Shown here in pieces: positions 12,089 through 23,185 of a stretch of 64,000 nucleotides of DNA. Within the stretch, counting starts at the first letter, position 1, and every line of letters starts with the position of its first letter. The notes under the pieces were generated by a model, which saw only the letters and a list, made by a program, of their open reading frames with translations, made no database searches and was not told where the DNA came from. Origin of the DNA: Nitrospirota bacterium (GTDB lineage Bacteria; Nitrospirota; JACRHJ01); the NCBI GenBank assembly GCA_963733375.1, contig CAVTDB010000026.1, positions 32,001-96,000 on the forward strand, read 5' to 3'. Both the position numbers and the translations under genes were made by a program.

Positions 12089-12367
12089 ATGCTGACCGGC
12101 AGGACATGCGGCGGATTAGAGTGGGTGCCGAGTTTCATACTCTCCATAGACGTTTCCAAGTGCATAGGCTGCGGCAGGTGCTACAAGGCATGCGGCAGAA
12201 ATGTACTGGAACTGATCGAGAAGCCGTTTGAAGGCGACGACGATTTCGGCGACGACATGGGCAACAAGGTCATGTCCATAATGAGCCGGGAAGACTGCAT
12301 CGGATGCGGTGCGTGCGGCCGGGCGTGCACAAAAAAATGCCACGCGTATGCTCCGGTAAGCGAGTAA
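12089..12367 (+). CDS. fdxB: Nif-specific ferredoxin III, 2[4Fe-4S]
   Basis: TG.T.GG.EW.P N-terminus, CIGCGRCYKAC and CIGCGACGRAC..KC. Confidence 0.85.
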   Translation: MLTGRTCGGLEWVPSFILSIDVSKCIGCGRCYKACGRNVLELIEKPFEGDDDFGDDMGNKVMSIMSREDCIGCGACGRACTKKCHAYAPVSE

Positions 12368-12380
12368 TGGGAGGAGCGGG

Positions 12381-12944
12381 ATGAATACGGCGGATATACT
12401 TGAATGTTCACCCAAGCCGGAATGTGATTATTTCCTGAACCGGGTGGCCAGGGCGCTATGGAGCATCTTATTGCGGGGCGTCGCCGGTGACATCCCTCAT
12501 CTTGCGTGCGGTTTCAGGGTCGGCGAGTTCAACCGCGTATTCAAGAGGTTTTATCCGGATGTCAGGTATGGGATATTCATCCCGTCCGCCCAAGACCGTA
12601 AGACCTTTGAGGAGAGGCGTTTCGAGTTCGACGACCTACTGAAGCTGCTCCTCGACGGTGCCACGCACCCGGACGAGGAAACGGCCTGGATGGCAAGAGG
12701 GATGGCGGTAGCATGCCTGGGCAAAAACCACCTCTGGCAGGACATGGGCCTGCCGCACCGGAAGGCGCTCTCAGAGTTGATCAAGTCGTATTTCAGGCCC
12801 CTGCACGATAAGAACACGGCCAACATGAAATGGAAGAAGTTCTTCTATAAGCAGATATGCGAACGCGAGGGGTTTTACCTTTGCAAGTCGCCTTCCTGCG
12901 ACGCCTGCGTCGATTACGCAAAGTGCTTCGGTCCTGAAGAATAG
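12381..12944 (+). CDS. nifQ: Molybdenum donor protein NifQ
   Basis: NHLWQDMGL, NMKWKKFFYKQIC, C-terminal Cx4Cx2Cx5C. Confidence 0.9.
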   Translation: MNTADILECSPKPECDYFLNRVARALWSILLRGVAGDIPHLACGFRVGEFNRVFKRFYPDVRYGIFIPSAQDRKTFEERRFEFDDLLKLLLDGATHPDEETAWMARGMAVACLGKNHLWQDMGLPHRKALSELIKSYFRPLHDKNTANMKWKKFFYKQICEREGFYLCKSPSCDACVDYAKCFGPEE

Positions 12945-13124
12945 GAAATTTATTCCATCCCCCCACACTGCCCTCCCCTTCCGGCCCGCGTTCGCGCGTA
13001 AGTCTTTAGGAGGAGGGCAAATTTAATACAATAATGCAACCCGCGCGACAAAAATGTAGCGACCCGCTCCGGTTATTCCTTAGAGCCTCCCGCTAACTGC
13101 CCGCCAACATTGTATCCGGATGTT

Positions 13125-13140
13125 TGGCACACGTCTTGCT
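13125..13140 (+). promoter_or_regulatory. sigma54 promoter of modBAC-nifV-nifB
   Basis: TGGCAC-ACGTC-TTGCT full consensus, followed by CTATA as at nifH. Confidence 0.85.
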
Positions 13141-13153
13141 CTATATAAAAGAC

Positions 13154-13819
13154 ATGATGACCTTGGAACTATCTCCATTATTTATAACCCTTAAAGTAGC
13201 AGGGCTCGCCACGCTGCTCGCGCTTGTCATGGGGACCCTGGCGGCATATGTCCTGGCGAAGCATTCCTTTCCGGGCAAGGAGATGCTCGACACGCTCTTC
13301 ACTCTCCCGATGGTACTGCCGCCCACGGTGCTCGGATATTACCTGCTGGTATCCTTCGGCAGGAACGGCTTCCCCGGGCGATGGCTGGAGCACGTCTTCG
13401 GCGTATCGCTCGTATTCACCTGGCAGGGCGCGGTGTTAGCCGCGGCCGTGGTGTCCCTGCCGCTCGTCCAAAAATCCGCCAGGGCGGCGTTTGAAGGGGT
13501 GGACGGTACTCTCCAGGACGCCGCGCGGACTCTTGGAAAGAGTGAGCCTGAAGTATTCCTGCTGGTGACGCTGCCGCTGGCCTGGCGCGTGATACTTTCC
13601 GGAGTGATGCTCGCTTTCGCACGCGCGGTGGGCGAATTCGGGGCGACGCTCATGATTGCCGGAAACCTGCCCGGAAGGACGCAGACCCTATCACTTGCGA
13701 TTTACGATGCGGTGCAGTCCGGCAATGATTCACTCGGCACGGTGCTCGTGCTAACGACCTCTTCGGTGTGCGCAGGCGTCCTGCTCCTGTCGAAAAGGCT
13801 TCTAAAGACGGAGGTATGA
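13154..13819 (+). CDS. modB: Molybdate ABC transporter permease
   Basis: LPMVLPPTVLGYYLL, AARTLG, FARAVGEFGAT, T.TLSLAIY. Confidence 0.92.
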   Translation: MMTLELSPLFITLKVAGLATLLALVMGTLAAYVLAKHSFPGKEMLDTLFTLPMVLPPTVLGYYLLVSFGRNGFPGRWLEHVFGVSLVFTWQGAVLAAAVVSLPLVQKSARAAFEGVDGTLQDAARTLGKSEPEVFLLVTLPLAWRVILSGVMLAFARAVGEFGATLMIAGNLPGRTQTLSLAIYDAVQSGNDSLGTVLVLTTSSVCAGVLLLSKRLLKTEV

Positions 13820-14571
13820 AAATGAAGAAATCGCTATACGTTCTTTTGGCGGCGCTTATCCTTTCCGCGACACCAGCGATGGCCGCGGACCTGACCGTAT
13901 CCGCCGCGATTAGCCTGACAGAGTCGTTTAAAGACATAAAAACCGCCTTTGAGAAGGAAAATCCGGGCACGACCGTCACATACAATTTCGGCGCGTCCGG
14001 GACGCTCCTGCAGCAGATAAAAAATGGAGCCCCCGTGGACGTCTTCGCGTCGGCGGACGAAGAGACTATGGACAAGGCTGGGAAGGAAGGCCTGATCGCG
14101 AAGGGCACGAGGAAGGATTTTACTTCCAACGCGCTTGTGCTTATAGTTCCGGCGGGCCGGGAGATGAAAGTTACCTCCGTTAAAGACCTGGCTTCCCCCG
14201 ACGTTAAACGCATAGCCGTGGGGAAACCCGAATTCGTCCCTGCCGGCCATTACACGAAGAAGGCGCTTTCGGCGTATGGACTGTGGGATAAACTGTCGCC
14301 CAAGTTTATTTATGCGGATAATGTGCGGCAGGTCCTGGACTATGTAGCAAGAGGCGAGGTAGATGCGGGTTTCGTTTATATCACCGATGCGGCCACGGCC
14401 GGGGATAAAGTGAAGGTGGTGGGCGAGGTCTCGAAGACCGGACCTATAAGCTATCCGATAGCGGTTGTAAAAAACAGTAAAGACAAGCAGGCAGCCGTCA
14501 AGTTTGTAGAATATGTCACCGGCGAAAAAGGGCGGGAGATACTCTCGAAGCACGGGTTCAAAGCTAAATGA
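13816..14571 (+). CDS. modA: Molybdate ABC transporter substrate-binding protein
   Basis: Signal peptide, VSAAISL, FGASGTL.QQI.NGAP.DVFASA, VPAG.Y. Confidence 0.92.
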   Translation: MKMKKSLYVLLAALILSATPAMAADLTVSAAISLTESFKDIKTAFEKENPGTTVTYNFGASGTLLQQIKNGAPVDVFASADEETMDKAGKEGLIAKGTRKDFTSNALVLIVPAGREMKVTSVKDLASPDVKRIAVGKPEFVPAGHYTKKALSAYGLWDKLSPKFIYADNVRQVLDYVARGEVDAGFVYITDAATAGDKVKVVGEVSKTGPISYPIAVVKNSKDKQAAVKFVEYVTGEKGREILSKHGFKAK

Positions 14572-15215
14572 AAATCAACGTGGACATAACCCTGGCGCTT
14601 AAATCGCGCGGGAGCTGCTTTAAGTTGAATGCGGCCTTCAAGACCGACGACGATTTTCTGGTCATCCAGGGACCGTCCGGCTCCGGCAAGAGCCTGACAC
14701 TTAAATGCATGGCGGGAATCCTCAGGCCGGACGAAGGGCGGATAGCCGTGGGAGACAAGGTATTCTTCGACCCTAATGAGGGGGTGGATCTCCCGGCCCG
14801 GATGCGTGGGGCGGGCTGCCTTTTCCAGGACTACGCCCTGTTCCCGCACATGGACGTAAGGCAGAACGTGGCATTCGGGCTGAAGAGGATTGGCAGAAAG
14901 CTTTCAACGGAGGAACAGTCGCGCATCGAGTACCTGCTTGACTTATTTCATATATCGGGAAAAGCCACGATGAGGCCGAGGGATCTCTCCGGAGGGCAGA
15001 GGCAGAGGGTCGCGCTGGCGAGGGCGCTCGTAATAAACCCGGACATCCTGCTCCTGGACGAGCCGTTCTCCGCGCTCGACACGCCTCTCCGTAAAGAATT
15101 AAGAGAAGAACTGAAGACCATCCAATCCGTGTTTAAGATCCCGGTCGTGCTGGTGACGCATGACCGCGGAGGACGCCGAATTTTTCGGAGGGACGATAGT
15201 CAACTACAAGAATGA
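14568..15215 (+). CDS. modC: Molybdate ABC transporter ATPase (true end may be 15321 if an indel near 15168 is corrected)
   Basis: GPSGSGKS, FQDYALFPH, LSGGQRQR, LLLDEPFSALD, VTHD. Confidence 0.88.
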   Translation: MKINVDITLALKSRGSCFKLNAAFKTDDDFLVIQGPSGSGKSLTLKCMAGILRPDEGRIAVGDKVFFDPNEGVDLPARMRGAGCLFQDYALFPHMDVRQNVAFGLKRIGRKLSTEEQSRIEYLLDLFHISGKATMRPRDLSGGQRQRVALARALVINPDILLLDEPFSALDTPLRKELREELKTIQSVFKIPVVLVTHDRGGRRIFRRDDSQLQE

Positions 15216-15220
15216 AATTC

Positions 15221-15314
15221 CCGCCTTTTTTGAAAAAAAGGCGGCCCAAAAAACTTTAAAAGGTTTACTGCCCAGCTTTTCTTTGGCCGCTTTCTTTTCC
15301 CGAAAAGAAAGTGG
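15221..15314 (+). repeat. Twin-hairpin element, modC-nifV (variant with CCGC/GCGG stem bases)
   Basis: CCGCCTTTTTT-GA-AAAAAAGGCGG-CCCAAAAAACTTT...CTTTTCTTTGG-CCGCTTTCTTTT-CCCG-AAAAGAAAGTGG. Confidence 0.85.
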
Positions 15315-15327
15315 GGTCTGAGGTTTT

Positions 15328-16433
15328 ATGATTAAAATCTGCGATACCACATTACGCGACGGCGAGCAGGCGGCAGGGGTCGCTTTCTCGATAGAAGAAA
15401 AGTGCAATATCGCCCGCATGCTGGACGAGATAGGCGTGCACGAAATCGAGGCCGGTACGCCCGCTATGGGCGGCGAGGAGGCGGATGCGGTGCGGGCAGT
15501 GGCCGCGATGGGACTGCGTCCGCGGTATGGTGGCATGGAACCGGGCGGTGCGCTCGGATATCGATGCGTCTATAAGAACAGGCGTCGGGGCCGTGGCTTT
15601 ATCGCTTCCCGTTTCCGACATCATGATAGACGCACAAGCTCGGGCGGGACCGGGCATGGGTGTTAGCTCAGCTGAAGGAATCCGTTTCATACGCAAAGGA
15701 CAGGGGTCTATATGTCTGCGCCGGTGCGGAGGATGCCTCAAGGGCTGACATGGCGTTCCTGATCGAATATGCCGGTATCGCGCGGGAGTGCGGGGCGGAC
15801 AGGCTCCGGTTCGCGGACACCGTCGGCGTGCTGGACCCTTTCACCGTTTTCACTAAGGTAAAGTGGTTTGTCGAAGCGGCGGGGATGCCAGTCGAGTTTC
15901 ATGCGCACAACGATTTCGGCCTTGCCACGGCGAATGCACTCGCGGCGGCGAAGGCGGGGGCATGTGTCCTCAGTACCACGGTTTTGGGCATCGGCGAACG
16001 CGCGGGAAACGCGGCGCTGGAAGAGGTCGCGATGGCTCTGGGGCATGTCGCGGGCGTTGAGACGGGCATTAGGACGGAACAGCTCGGCCGGATCTGCGAG
16101 TATGTGGGGCGGGTTTCCGGACGCCGGATACCCGACGGAAAGCCCGTGGTGGGCGGCCGGATTTTCGTGCACGAATCTGGGATACATACTGACGGGATAT
16201 TGAAAGACCCGAAAACATACGAGCCTTATCGCCCGGAGGAAGTAGGGACGGCGCGGGAGATTGCGCTTGGCAAGCATTCCGGCAAAAGCGCGCTGATTTA
16301 CAGGCTGTCGAACCTTGGTATCGAGCTCGGCAAGGAGGATGCGGGCCCGCTCCTTGCCAGGGTGAAAGAGATGGGCGCGCTCCATAAAAGGCCCGTTAAT
16401 GACGGCGAACTGCTCTCGCTTTGCGCAATATGA
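15328..16433 (+). CDS. nifV: Homocitrate synthase (frameshifted)
   Basis: [54 protein letters not shown]; nif context. Confidence 0.9.
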
Positions 16434-16454
16434 AAGTCAAAAGAAAGGACGAAC

Positions 16455-17351
16455 ATGGAAGCCTGTTGCCGCGATACTGAAATGAAGGGAATACTCAAAT
16501 ACCACCCGTGCTTCTCGCGCGAGGCGCATCACAAATACGGCCGCATACATGTGCCGGTCGCGCCCGCCTGCAACATACAGTGCAGGTACTGCGTGCGCAA
16601 GTTCGACTGCGCCAACGAGTCCAGGCCGGGCGTGACGAGCCGGGTGCTCAGGCCGGAAGAAGGGCTGGAGAGGATACGCGCGGCGGTCGGAAGGGATGAG
16701 CACGTGTCCGTCGTGGGCATCGCCGGGCCGGGCGACCCGCTTGCCAACGAGGCCACTTTCGAGCTCCTGGAGATGGCGCGAGCGGAGTTCCCGCAACTTA
16801 TCCTCTGCCTGTCGACAAATGGACTTCTTCTTACGGAGAAGGTGGACGAACTGGCGCGCCTGGGGGTGAAGACCATTACGGTAACAATAAATTCGGTTAC
16901 TGAAGAGATGGCTGGCAAAATCTATAAATGGGCGCTCCACGGCGGCAAGCTGTACGAAGGCCCGGAGGCGGGGAGGCTTATTCTCAGGAACCAGTGGGAG
17001 GGCCTTCGTGCAGCGGTATCGGCAGGTTTCGCGGTGAAGGTGAATACGATACTGATGCCGGGCTTGAACGAGGAGGAGATACCGGCCATCGCGGAAAAGG
17101 CCGGGGGCATCGGGGCCGACCTCATAAACATAATGTCGCTCATACCTCAGGGCGATTTCGCGGGGCTTACCAAGCCGTCCATACACGAGATAGCGCGGAT
17201 GCGGCATGCTTGCCTGCCATACATAAACATCATGAGCCATTGCAGACAGTGCAGAGCTGACGCCTGCGGGACACTGGGACAGGACGGGGACATGGAGACC
17301 GAAGCATTGATGGCGAGGATCGGGGAAGAGTACGAAGATGCGGTTTTTTAA
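16455..17351 (+). CDS. nifB: NifB radical SAM protein, single-domain form without NifX-like domain
   Basis: HPC, CNIQCRYC, ESRPG, AGPGDPL, TVTIN, CRQCRADA. Confidence 0.88.
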   Translation: MEACCRDTEMKGILKYHPCFSREAHHKYGRIHVPVAPACNIQCRYCVRKFDCANESRPGVTSRVLRPEEGLERIRAAVGRDEHVSVVGIAGPGDPLANEATFELLEMARAEFPQLILCLSTNGLLLTEKVDELARLGVKTITVTINSVTEEMAGKIYKWALHGGKLYEGPEAGRLILRNQWEGLRAAVSAGFAVKVNTILMPGLNEEEIPAIAEKAGGIGADLINIMSLIPQGDFAGLTKPSIHEIARMRHACLPYINIMSHCRQCRADACGTLGQDGDMETEALMARIGEEYEDAVF

Positions 17352-17477
17352 TATTCTAGCCTCTACTCAGGCAGCATGGGCAAGCGGCGGACTGAACGAT
17401 TACACGACGGTTACAATGGAATGAGAATAAGGTTATATATACACATGGCGTAGAAAACCTAACTAACTGAAAAGATT

Positions 17478-17564
17478 TGGTGCCGGCGGCCGGAATCGAA
17501 CCGGCACAAGGTTGCCCTTACTGGATTTTGAGTCCAGCGCGTCTACCAGTTTCACCACGCCGGC
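17478..17564 (-). tRNA. tRNA-Leu(CAA)
   Basis: GCCGGCG acceptor stem, anticodon loop CT-CAA-AA, long variable arm, GGTTCGATTCC, CCA end. Confidence 0.95.
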
Positions 17565-17682
17565 ATCTGGGGGTGAATTTGCAATATATTACACATCTTA
17601 AGCCCCGTCAACCTCTTTTTGCTTGCGCGCGCCTTCGCCTTTATATATAATCCAGCTACTTAAAACGCAATATTTAAAAAAA

Positions 17683-18115
17683 ATGCTTACCGGCTTCAAT
17701 ACCGATTTCCGGTACAAAGGTACCGTCTATCACGTCCAGACCGAAGATAACGGCCTGAGTAACCCCGTTATCGTCACCCTCCTTTACAGGGGCGGGGCAA
17801 TCCTCGCGTCCCGGAAGACCAGCTACGCCGACATCTTGAAGTTCAATAAGCTGGAACAGGTCGTCCGGGAGATAATGGAGGAGCAGCACAAGCAGGTGAT
17901 AAAGGACCTTGTGGCGGGGCAGTTCGCGGCAAAGGAGGAAAATCTCCCGAAACCGGAAATGCCCGCACCCGATTTGAGCGCGGCCCCTGTCGGTGAAGAC
18001 CAAAGCGGAACACAAGGCGGAGACAGCCGAAGAGGCCAGGGAGAGGCCTTTGGAGGAAAGAGGATTGGACAGCGAGATTCTTGACTACCTGGCGTCCGAG
18101 GACGACTGGGACTAA
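17683..18115 (+). CDS. Conserved hypothetical protein (frameshifted)
   Basis: MLTGFNTDFRYKGTVYHVQTED...EQHK; acidic C-terminus EILDYLASEDDWD in a shifted frame. Confidence 0.65.
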
Positions 18116-18135
18116 AAAGGGGGATTAAGTTGGTA

Positions 18136-18963
18136 ATGGCTGTTGACATGATAAAGGGCTTGAATCAGACGGCCTGCAGGATAAGGATGGACATCGTGGA
18201 AATGCTGAACAAGGCAGGTTCCGGACATACCGGGGGCTCCCTTTCGGCGGCGGATATAGTCACCGCCCTTTATTTCCACAAGCTGCGGCACAACCCGGAA
18301 GACCCCGCGTGGCCGGAGCGGGACCGGTTCATCCTCTGCAAGGGGCATGCCGCCCCGGTGCTTTACGCCGCCCTTGCCAGGTCCGGGTATTTCCCCGTGG
18401 AGGAGCTTTCCACCCTCAGGCAGCTGGGGAGCCGTTTGCAGGGACATCCGGATTCAAGGAAGCTGCCCGGGGTAGAGATTTCCACCGGCTCGCTGGGCCA
18501 GGGCCTTTCGGTATCATGTGGTCTCGCGCTTTCCGGTAAAATGGATTCAAAACCCTGGCGGGTATACGCGCTCCTTGGCGACGGGGAACTCCAGGAAGGC
18601 CAGGTATGGGAAGCGTCTATGACGGCCGCCCATTACGGTCTGGATAACCTGACCGCTATCATCGACAACAACGGCCTCCAGATAGACGGCGCGTGTTCGG
18701 AGGTGATGTGCGTGGACCCCATCGCGGACAAATTCGCCGCCTTCGGCTGGGACACGATAAGCATCGACGGGCATGACATGGGGGAGATAATAGACGCGCT
18801 GGACCGCGCGGAGCACCACAAGGGCAGGCCGACGGCTATAGTGGCGCGGACGATAAAGGGCAAGGGGTGTTCTTTATTCGAGGGGAAGGTGGAGTACCAC
18901 GGGACGCCGCCGTCCAACGATGAACTTACGATAGCGCTGAAGGAAATAGGGGGGCGGGAATGA
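18136..18963 (+). CDS. Transketolase, N-terminal subunit
   Basis: SGHTGGSLS, DRFILCKGHA, LQGHP, STGSLGQG, GDGELQEG TPP motif. Confidence 0.92.
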   Translation: MAVDMIKGLNQTACRIRMDIVEMLNKAGSGHTGGSLSAADIVTALYFHKLRHNPEDPAWPERDRFILCKGHAAPVLYAALARSGYFPVEELSTLRQLGSRLQGHPDSRKLPGVEISTGSLGQGLSVSCGLALSGKMDSKPWRVYALLGDGELQEGQVWEASMTAAHYGLDNLTAIIDNNGLQIDGACSEVMCVDPIADKFAAFGWDTISIDGHDMGEIIDALDRAEHHKGRPTAIVARTIKGKGCSLFEGKVEYHGTPPSNDELTIALKEIGGRE

Positions 18964-19909
18964 GCAAGGTCGCGACGAGGGAGGCATACGGCAAGGCGCT
19001 CCTGGAACTGGGCAGGAAAAACGAGACGGTCGTCGCACTGGACGCGGACCTGTCGGGCTCCACTAAAACCAAGGTTTTCGGCAAAGAGTTTCCGGAGAGG
19101 TTTTTCAATATCGGCATAGCGGAGCAGAACCTCATGGGCGTCGCGGCAGGGTTCTCGCTTGGCGGGAAGCTCCCGTTTGCCAGCACCTTCGCGGTATTCG
19201 CCACCGGCCGCGCATGGGAGCAGATACGCCAGTCGATATGCTACCCCGGGCTGAACGTAAAGATTGTCGCGTCACACGCCGGGATTACCGTCGGCGAGGA
19301 CGGCGGCTCGCACCAGTCGGTAGAGGACATATCGCTTATGCGCTCAATACCCGGCATGACGGTCATAGTCCCCGCGGACGGCACAGAGACGGCTAAGGTA
19401 ATAATGGCGATGGAAGAATATACCGGCCCGACATACATCAGGGTAGGCCGCGCCAAGACGGAAGTCATCTACGACGACTCTTATGAGTTCAAGGTAGGGA
19501 AGGCCGACGTCCTGAAAAAGGGCGCGGACGCGACTATCATCGCCTGCGGGATAATGGTGCCGGAGGCGCTGAAGGCCGCAGAAGAGCTTTTGGCGGAAGG
19601 CGTTTCGGCGGGCGTGATAAATATGTCCACGATAAAGCCTATTGATTTGAACGCCGTCGTGGAGGCCGCGAAGGACTCCGGCGCGATAGTCACCGCCGAG
19701 GAGCATTCCATAATCGGGGGCCTGGGCAGCGCGGTCGCGGAGGTCCTGTCCGAAGTCTGTCCCGTGCCGCTCAGGAGAGTTGGGATAAAAGACGTATTCG
19801 GCACCTCCGGCCAGCCGGACGAACTGATGGAGCATTACGGCCTGACGGCGGAGGCGATAAAGGCCGCGGTCAAGGAGGCGGTCGCGAAGAAACTCACACA
19901 ACCCGCTGA
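18960..19909 (+). CDS. Transketolase, C-terminal subunit
   Basis: ATREAYG, GIAEQN, GEDGGSHQ, TAEEHSIIGGLG. Confidence 0.9.
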
Positions 19910-19910
19910 A

Positions 19911-20564
19911 ATGATCCAGTTCTACCACGTCACCAAGTCCTACGACGGACGCCGGCCCGCCGTAAACGATATCTCCTTCCGGCTGCAAAAGGGAGAGATG
20001 GTTTATCTGACCGGCCCGTCCGGCGCGGGGAAGAGCACGATCATCAAGCTCATCCTCTGCGCGGAAGAGCCGGACGACGGGCAGATACTGGTAGCGGGCA
20101 GGAACGTCGCGAGGCTTAAGCAGAGGGATATACCGGGCTTAAGGCGGAGCATCGGGGTCGTATTTCAGGACTTCAAGTTAATCGAGCGCAAGACTGTATA
20201 CGAGAACGTCGCGCTCTCCCTGCGGGTGGCCGGCGCAAGGGAAGAGAAAATAAAGGACAGGACGGAGACGGTGCTTAAGGCGCTTGACCTCCACAGAAAG
20301 AAGGACAACTACCCGCTCCAGCTATCCGGCGGGGAACAGCAAAGGGCGGCGCTCGCCCGCGCGCTGGTCAAGGAGCCGGTGATACTCCTGGCGGACGAGC
20401 CTACCGGGAACCTCGATTTCGAGACGACGCAGAACATAATGTCCGTCATCAAAGACATCAACGCCCAGGGGACCACGATAATCCTCGCGACCCACAACCG
20501 CGACCTTGTGGAGATGGTGCCGCGCCGGGTACTGCATATCGAGCGGGGAGTGATGAAGGAGTAG
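19911..20564 (+). CDS. ftsE: Cell-division ABC ATPase FtsE-like
   Basis: MIQFYHVTKSY, GPSGAGKST, RRSIGVVFQDFKLI, LSGGEQQR, LADEPTGNLD. Confidence 0.8.
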   Translation: MIQFYHVTKSYDGRRPAVNDISFRLQKGEMVYLTGPSGAGKSTIIKLILCAEEPDDGQILVAGRNVARLKQRDIPGLRRSIGVVFQDFKLIERKTVYENVALSLRVAGAREEKIKDRTETVLKALDLHRKKDNYPLQLSGGEQQRAALARALVKEPVILLADEPTGNLDFETTQNIMSVIKDINAQGTTIILATHNRDLVEMVPRRVLHIERGVMKE

Positions 20565-21919
20565 TTAAACCGGCGGCGTCGGCGTCGGTTTTACGTCCTG
20601 CAGGAATTTCTTCATTATGGAATTGAACGTCGGTTGTCCCTTCTCCCGAATCGCATACCTCACCCTGATTATCGGTTTTTCCGTTTTTATAAGCCTTGAT
20701 AAATCCGCGGGTGTCGCCGAGACGACTATATCGCACGGCATGGCGTTTATCGTCGCTTCCAGGTCGCTGAGCTGTTGAAGGCTGTATCCCATCGACGGCA
20801 GTACATATTTTAAATGCGGGTACTTCAAAAAGACGTCCCGAAGGCTTCCCTTTGCCGAGTTACGTGGCTTTACTATAACGGCCCCGGCCTCCTTTGCCGC
20901 AATGTAACCCGCGCCATATGCCATCCCGCCATGGGTTACTGTCGGCCCGTCCTCCACGACGAGCACTTTCTTCCTTTTAAACTTTCCGCCCCGCCCTCGA
21001 CCGTAATCGGAGATTCGGCGGTAATTATTACCGCGCCGGGGTTTTCGAGCTTTACCGCATCACGCACACGGTTTACCCCTGCCCGTTCTTTTGTTCCCGC
21101 TTTGTTTATAACGACTATGTCCGCCCGCCTTAGGTTTATCTCTCCGGGGTAGTATCCCAGGGCCTGGTCCGGCCGCAGCGCGTCCGCGACGACAATTTCA
21201 AGGTCCGGCAGGATGAACGGGAAGTCGTTGTTCCCGCCGTCCCAGATTATAACGTCCGCCTCCTTTTCCGCCATCGACAGTATATCCTCGTAGTCCACGC
21301 CCGCGAACACGATTACGCCCTGCCCGACCAGCGGTTCGTACTCCTCCCTTTCCTCGACCGTGCATTTCTGGAGGTCCAGGTCCTCCATGCCGGAAAACCG
21401 CTGAGCCCTCTGCCGTTCGAAATCGCCGTATATCATCGGATGGCGTATCACGGCCGGTTTCTGTCCTAAGCATTTTAATATCCCCGCGAGCTTTAAGGTG
21501 AGGGGGCTCTTGCCACTTCCCGTGCGCACCGCGCATACGGATATAACGGGGAGCGATGATTTCAGCATCGTGCTGTGAGGCCCCAGCAGCATGAAATCGG
21601 GGCCCATCGCCATGACTTCCGAAGCCTTGCCCATTACGTATTGTGCCGATACGTCGCTGTAAGAGAAGACCACCGTGTCCGGAAGGAGTGTGTGCAGAAG
21701 CTCCGGGAGCCGTTCCTCCGCGAATATGGGGATGCCTTCCGGATAGAGCGGGCCGGCGAGCGACGGGGGATACGTCCTCCTGGATATGAACGGGATTTGA
21801 GCGGCTGTAAAAGCGACTACTGTATATTCCGTATTCTTCCGGAAAAAAATATTGAAGTTATGAAAATCGCGGCCTCCCGCGCCCATGATTATAACGCGGC
21901 GCGGCCTTTTTGCGGTCAT
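20565..21919 (-). CDS. P-loop ligase of the cyclic 2,3-diphosphoglycerate synthase / arginine synthetase (ArcE) family (frameshift near 20965)
   Basis: IIMGAGGRDFHNFN, VAFTAAQIP, YPPSLAGPLYPEGIPI, VRTGSGKS, EEREEYE, WDGGNNDFPF, VVEDGPTVTHGGM. Confidence 0.8.
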
Positions 21920-23185
21920 AGCGAAAGCGCGGCCTCCTCGAATATATGAAGCGCCTCGTCCATCTCGTCGGGAGAGGTTATTAGCGGGGGTGCAAGCCTT
22001 ATGACATTTTTATGGGTCCCCGCTTCCAGGACGATGAGGCCCTTTTTAATGCATTCCTCCTTTATCTTTTTCACGGCGTTTCCGTCCGGCTCCCCCTTGC
22101 GCATGAACTCTATCCCGATCATGTACCCAAGCCCGCGCACGTCGCCGATTGAGTCTACCTTCTCCTGCAATGCAAAGAGGCGGCTGTAAACCCCGCGCGG
22201 AGAGCTTCTCCGCCTTCTCCAGGATATGTTCTTCCTTTATGGCGTCGATAGTCGCACAGGCCGCGGCGCATGCAATGGGGTTGCCTCCGAAGGTCGTGCC
22301 GTGGGCGCCGATCTCCCAGTCGTCCATCAAATCCGCCCGCGAGATTATTGCGGAGAGAGGCAGTCCGGAGGCGATGCCCTTGGCGACTGTAATGATGTCC
22401 GGGACGACGTTATAGTGCTCCAGCGCAAACCACTTGCAGGTGCGCCCCATCCCGCTCTGGACTTCGTCGAATATCAGTAGTATCCCGTGACGGTCGCATA
22501 TCTTGCGCAGCGCCCGCAGGAACCCTTCCGGCGCGGGGACGTACCCGCCTTCGCCCAATACCGGCTCTATGATAAAGGCCGCAACGTCTTCGGGCGAGAC
22601 GACCTGCGCGAACAACCGCTCAATCTCTCCGATGCAGCTTAATTCGCACGTCTCTTCTTTCTCGCCGCAGGGACGGCGGAAGCAGTAAGGGTAGTCAACC
22701 TGATACACGGACGGCAGGAGCGGTTCATAACGGCTGCGATAACGAGAGGACGAGGACGTTAAGCTGAGAGCGCCCATCGTCCTGCCATGGAACGCCCCGT
22801 TGAACGAGATTAAAACCTTCCTGCCCGTCTTGTAACGCGCGAGCTTTATTGCGCCCTCGACGGCCTCGGACCCGGAGTTGGAGAAGAAGAACCTGTCCAT
22901 ACCCGGCGGGGTTATTCCCGATAACCTTTCAGTTAATGCCGCCAGCGAGTCGTAATAAAATATCGAACCCGAATGGAAAAATTTTTCGGCCTGGGCCTTT
23001 ACCGCCTCGACGACTTTAGGATGGCTGTAGCCGATATTCATTACCGCGTGGCCGGAAGTGAAATCGATAAACTTTCCGCCGTCTTTGGCGTACAGGTAAA
23101 TCCCTTCCGCGCGCTCCACGGTGATATCCGTGGTAAATCCCCATGCCCGCGTCAGGTGCGTCTTTAAGTATTCCTTTGCGTCCAT
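21916..23185 (-). CDS. Class III PLP aminotransferase (GABA/ornithine type; frameshift near 22190)
   Basis: IDFTSG, NSGSEAVE, AFHGRT, EPVLGEGGY, FDEVQSGMGRT, AKGIASG, HGTTFGGNP. Confidence 0.9.

Noticed and set aside
13124-13153. TTG start of modB at 13124
   Set aside because: Overlaps the sigma54 -24 box; ATG 13154/13157 fits better.
18960-20564. Apparent transketolase C-FtsE fusion (534 aa ORF)
   Set aside because: An out-of-frame TGA (19907-19909) sits just before a normal FtsE ATG at 19911; one indel explains the fusion.
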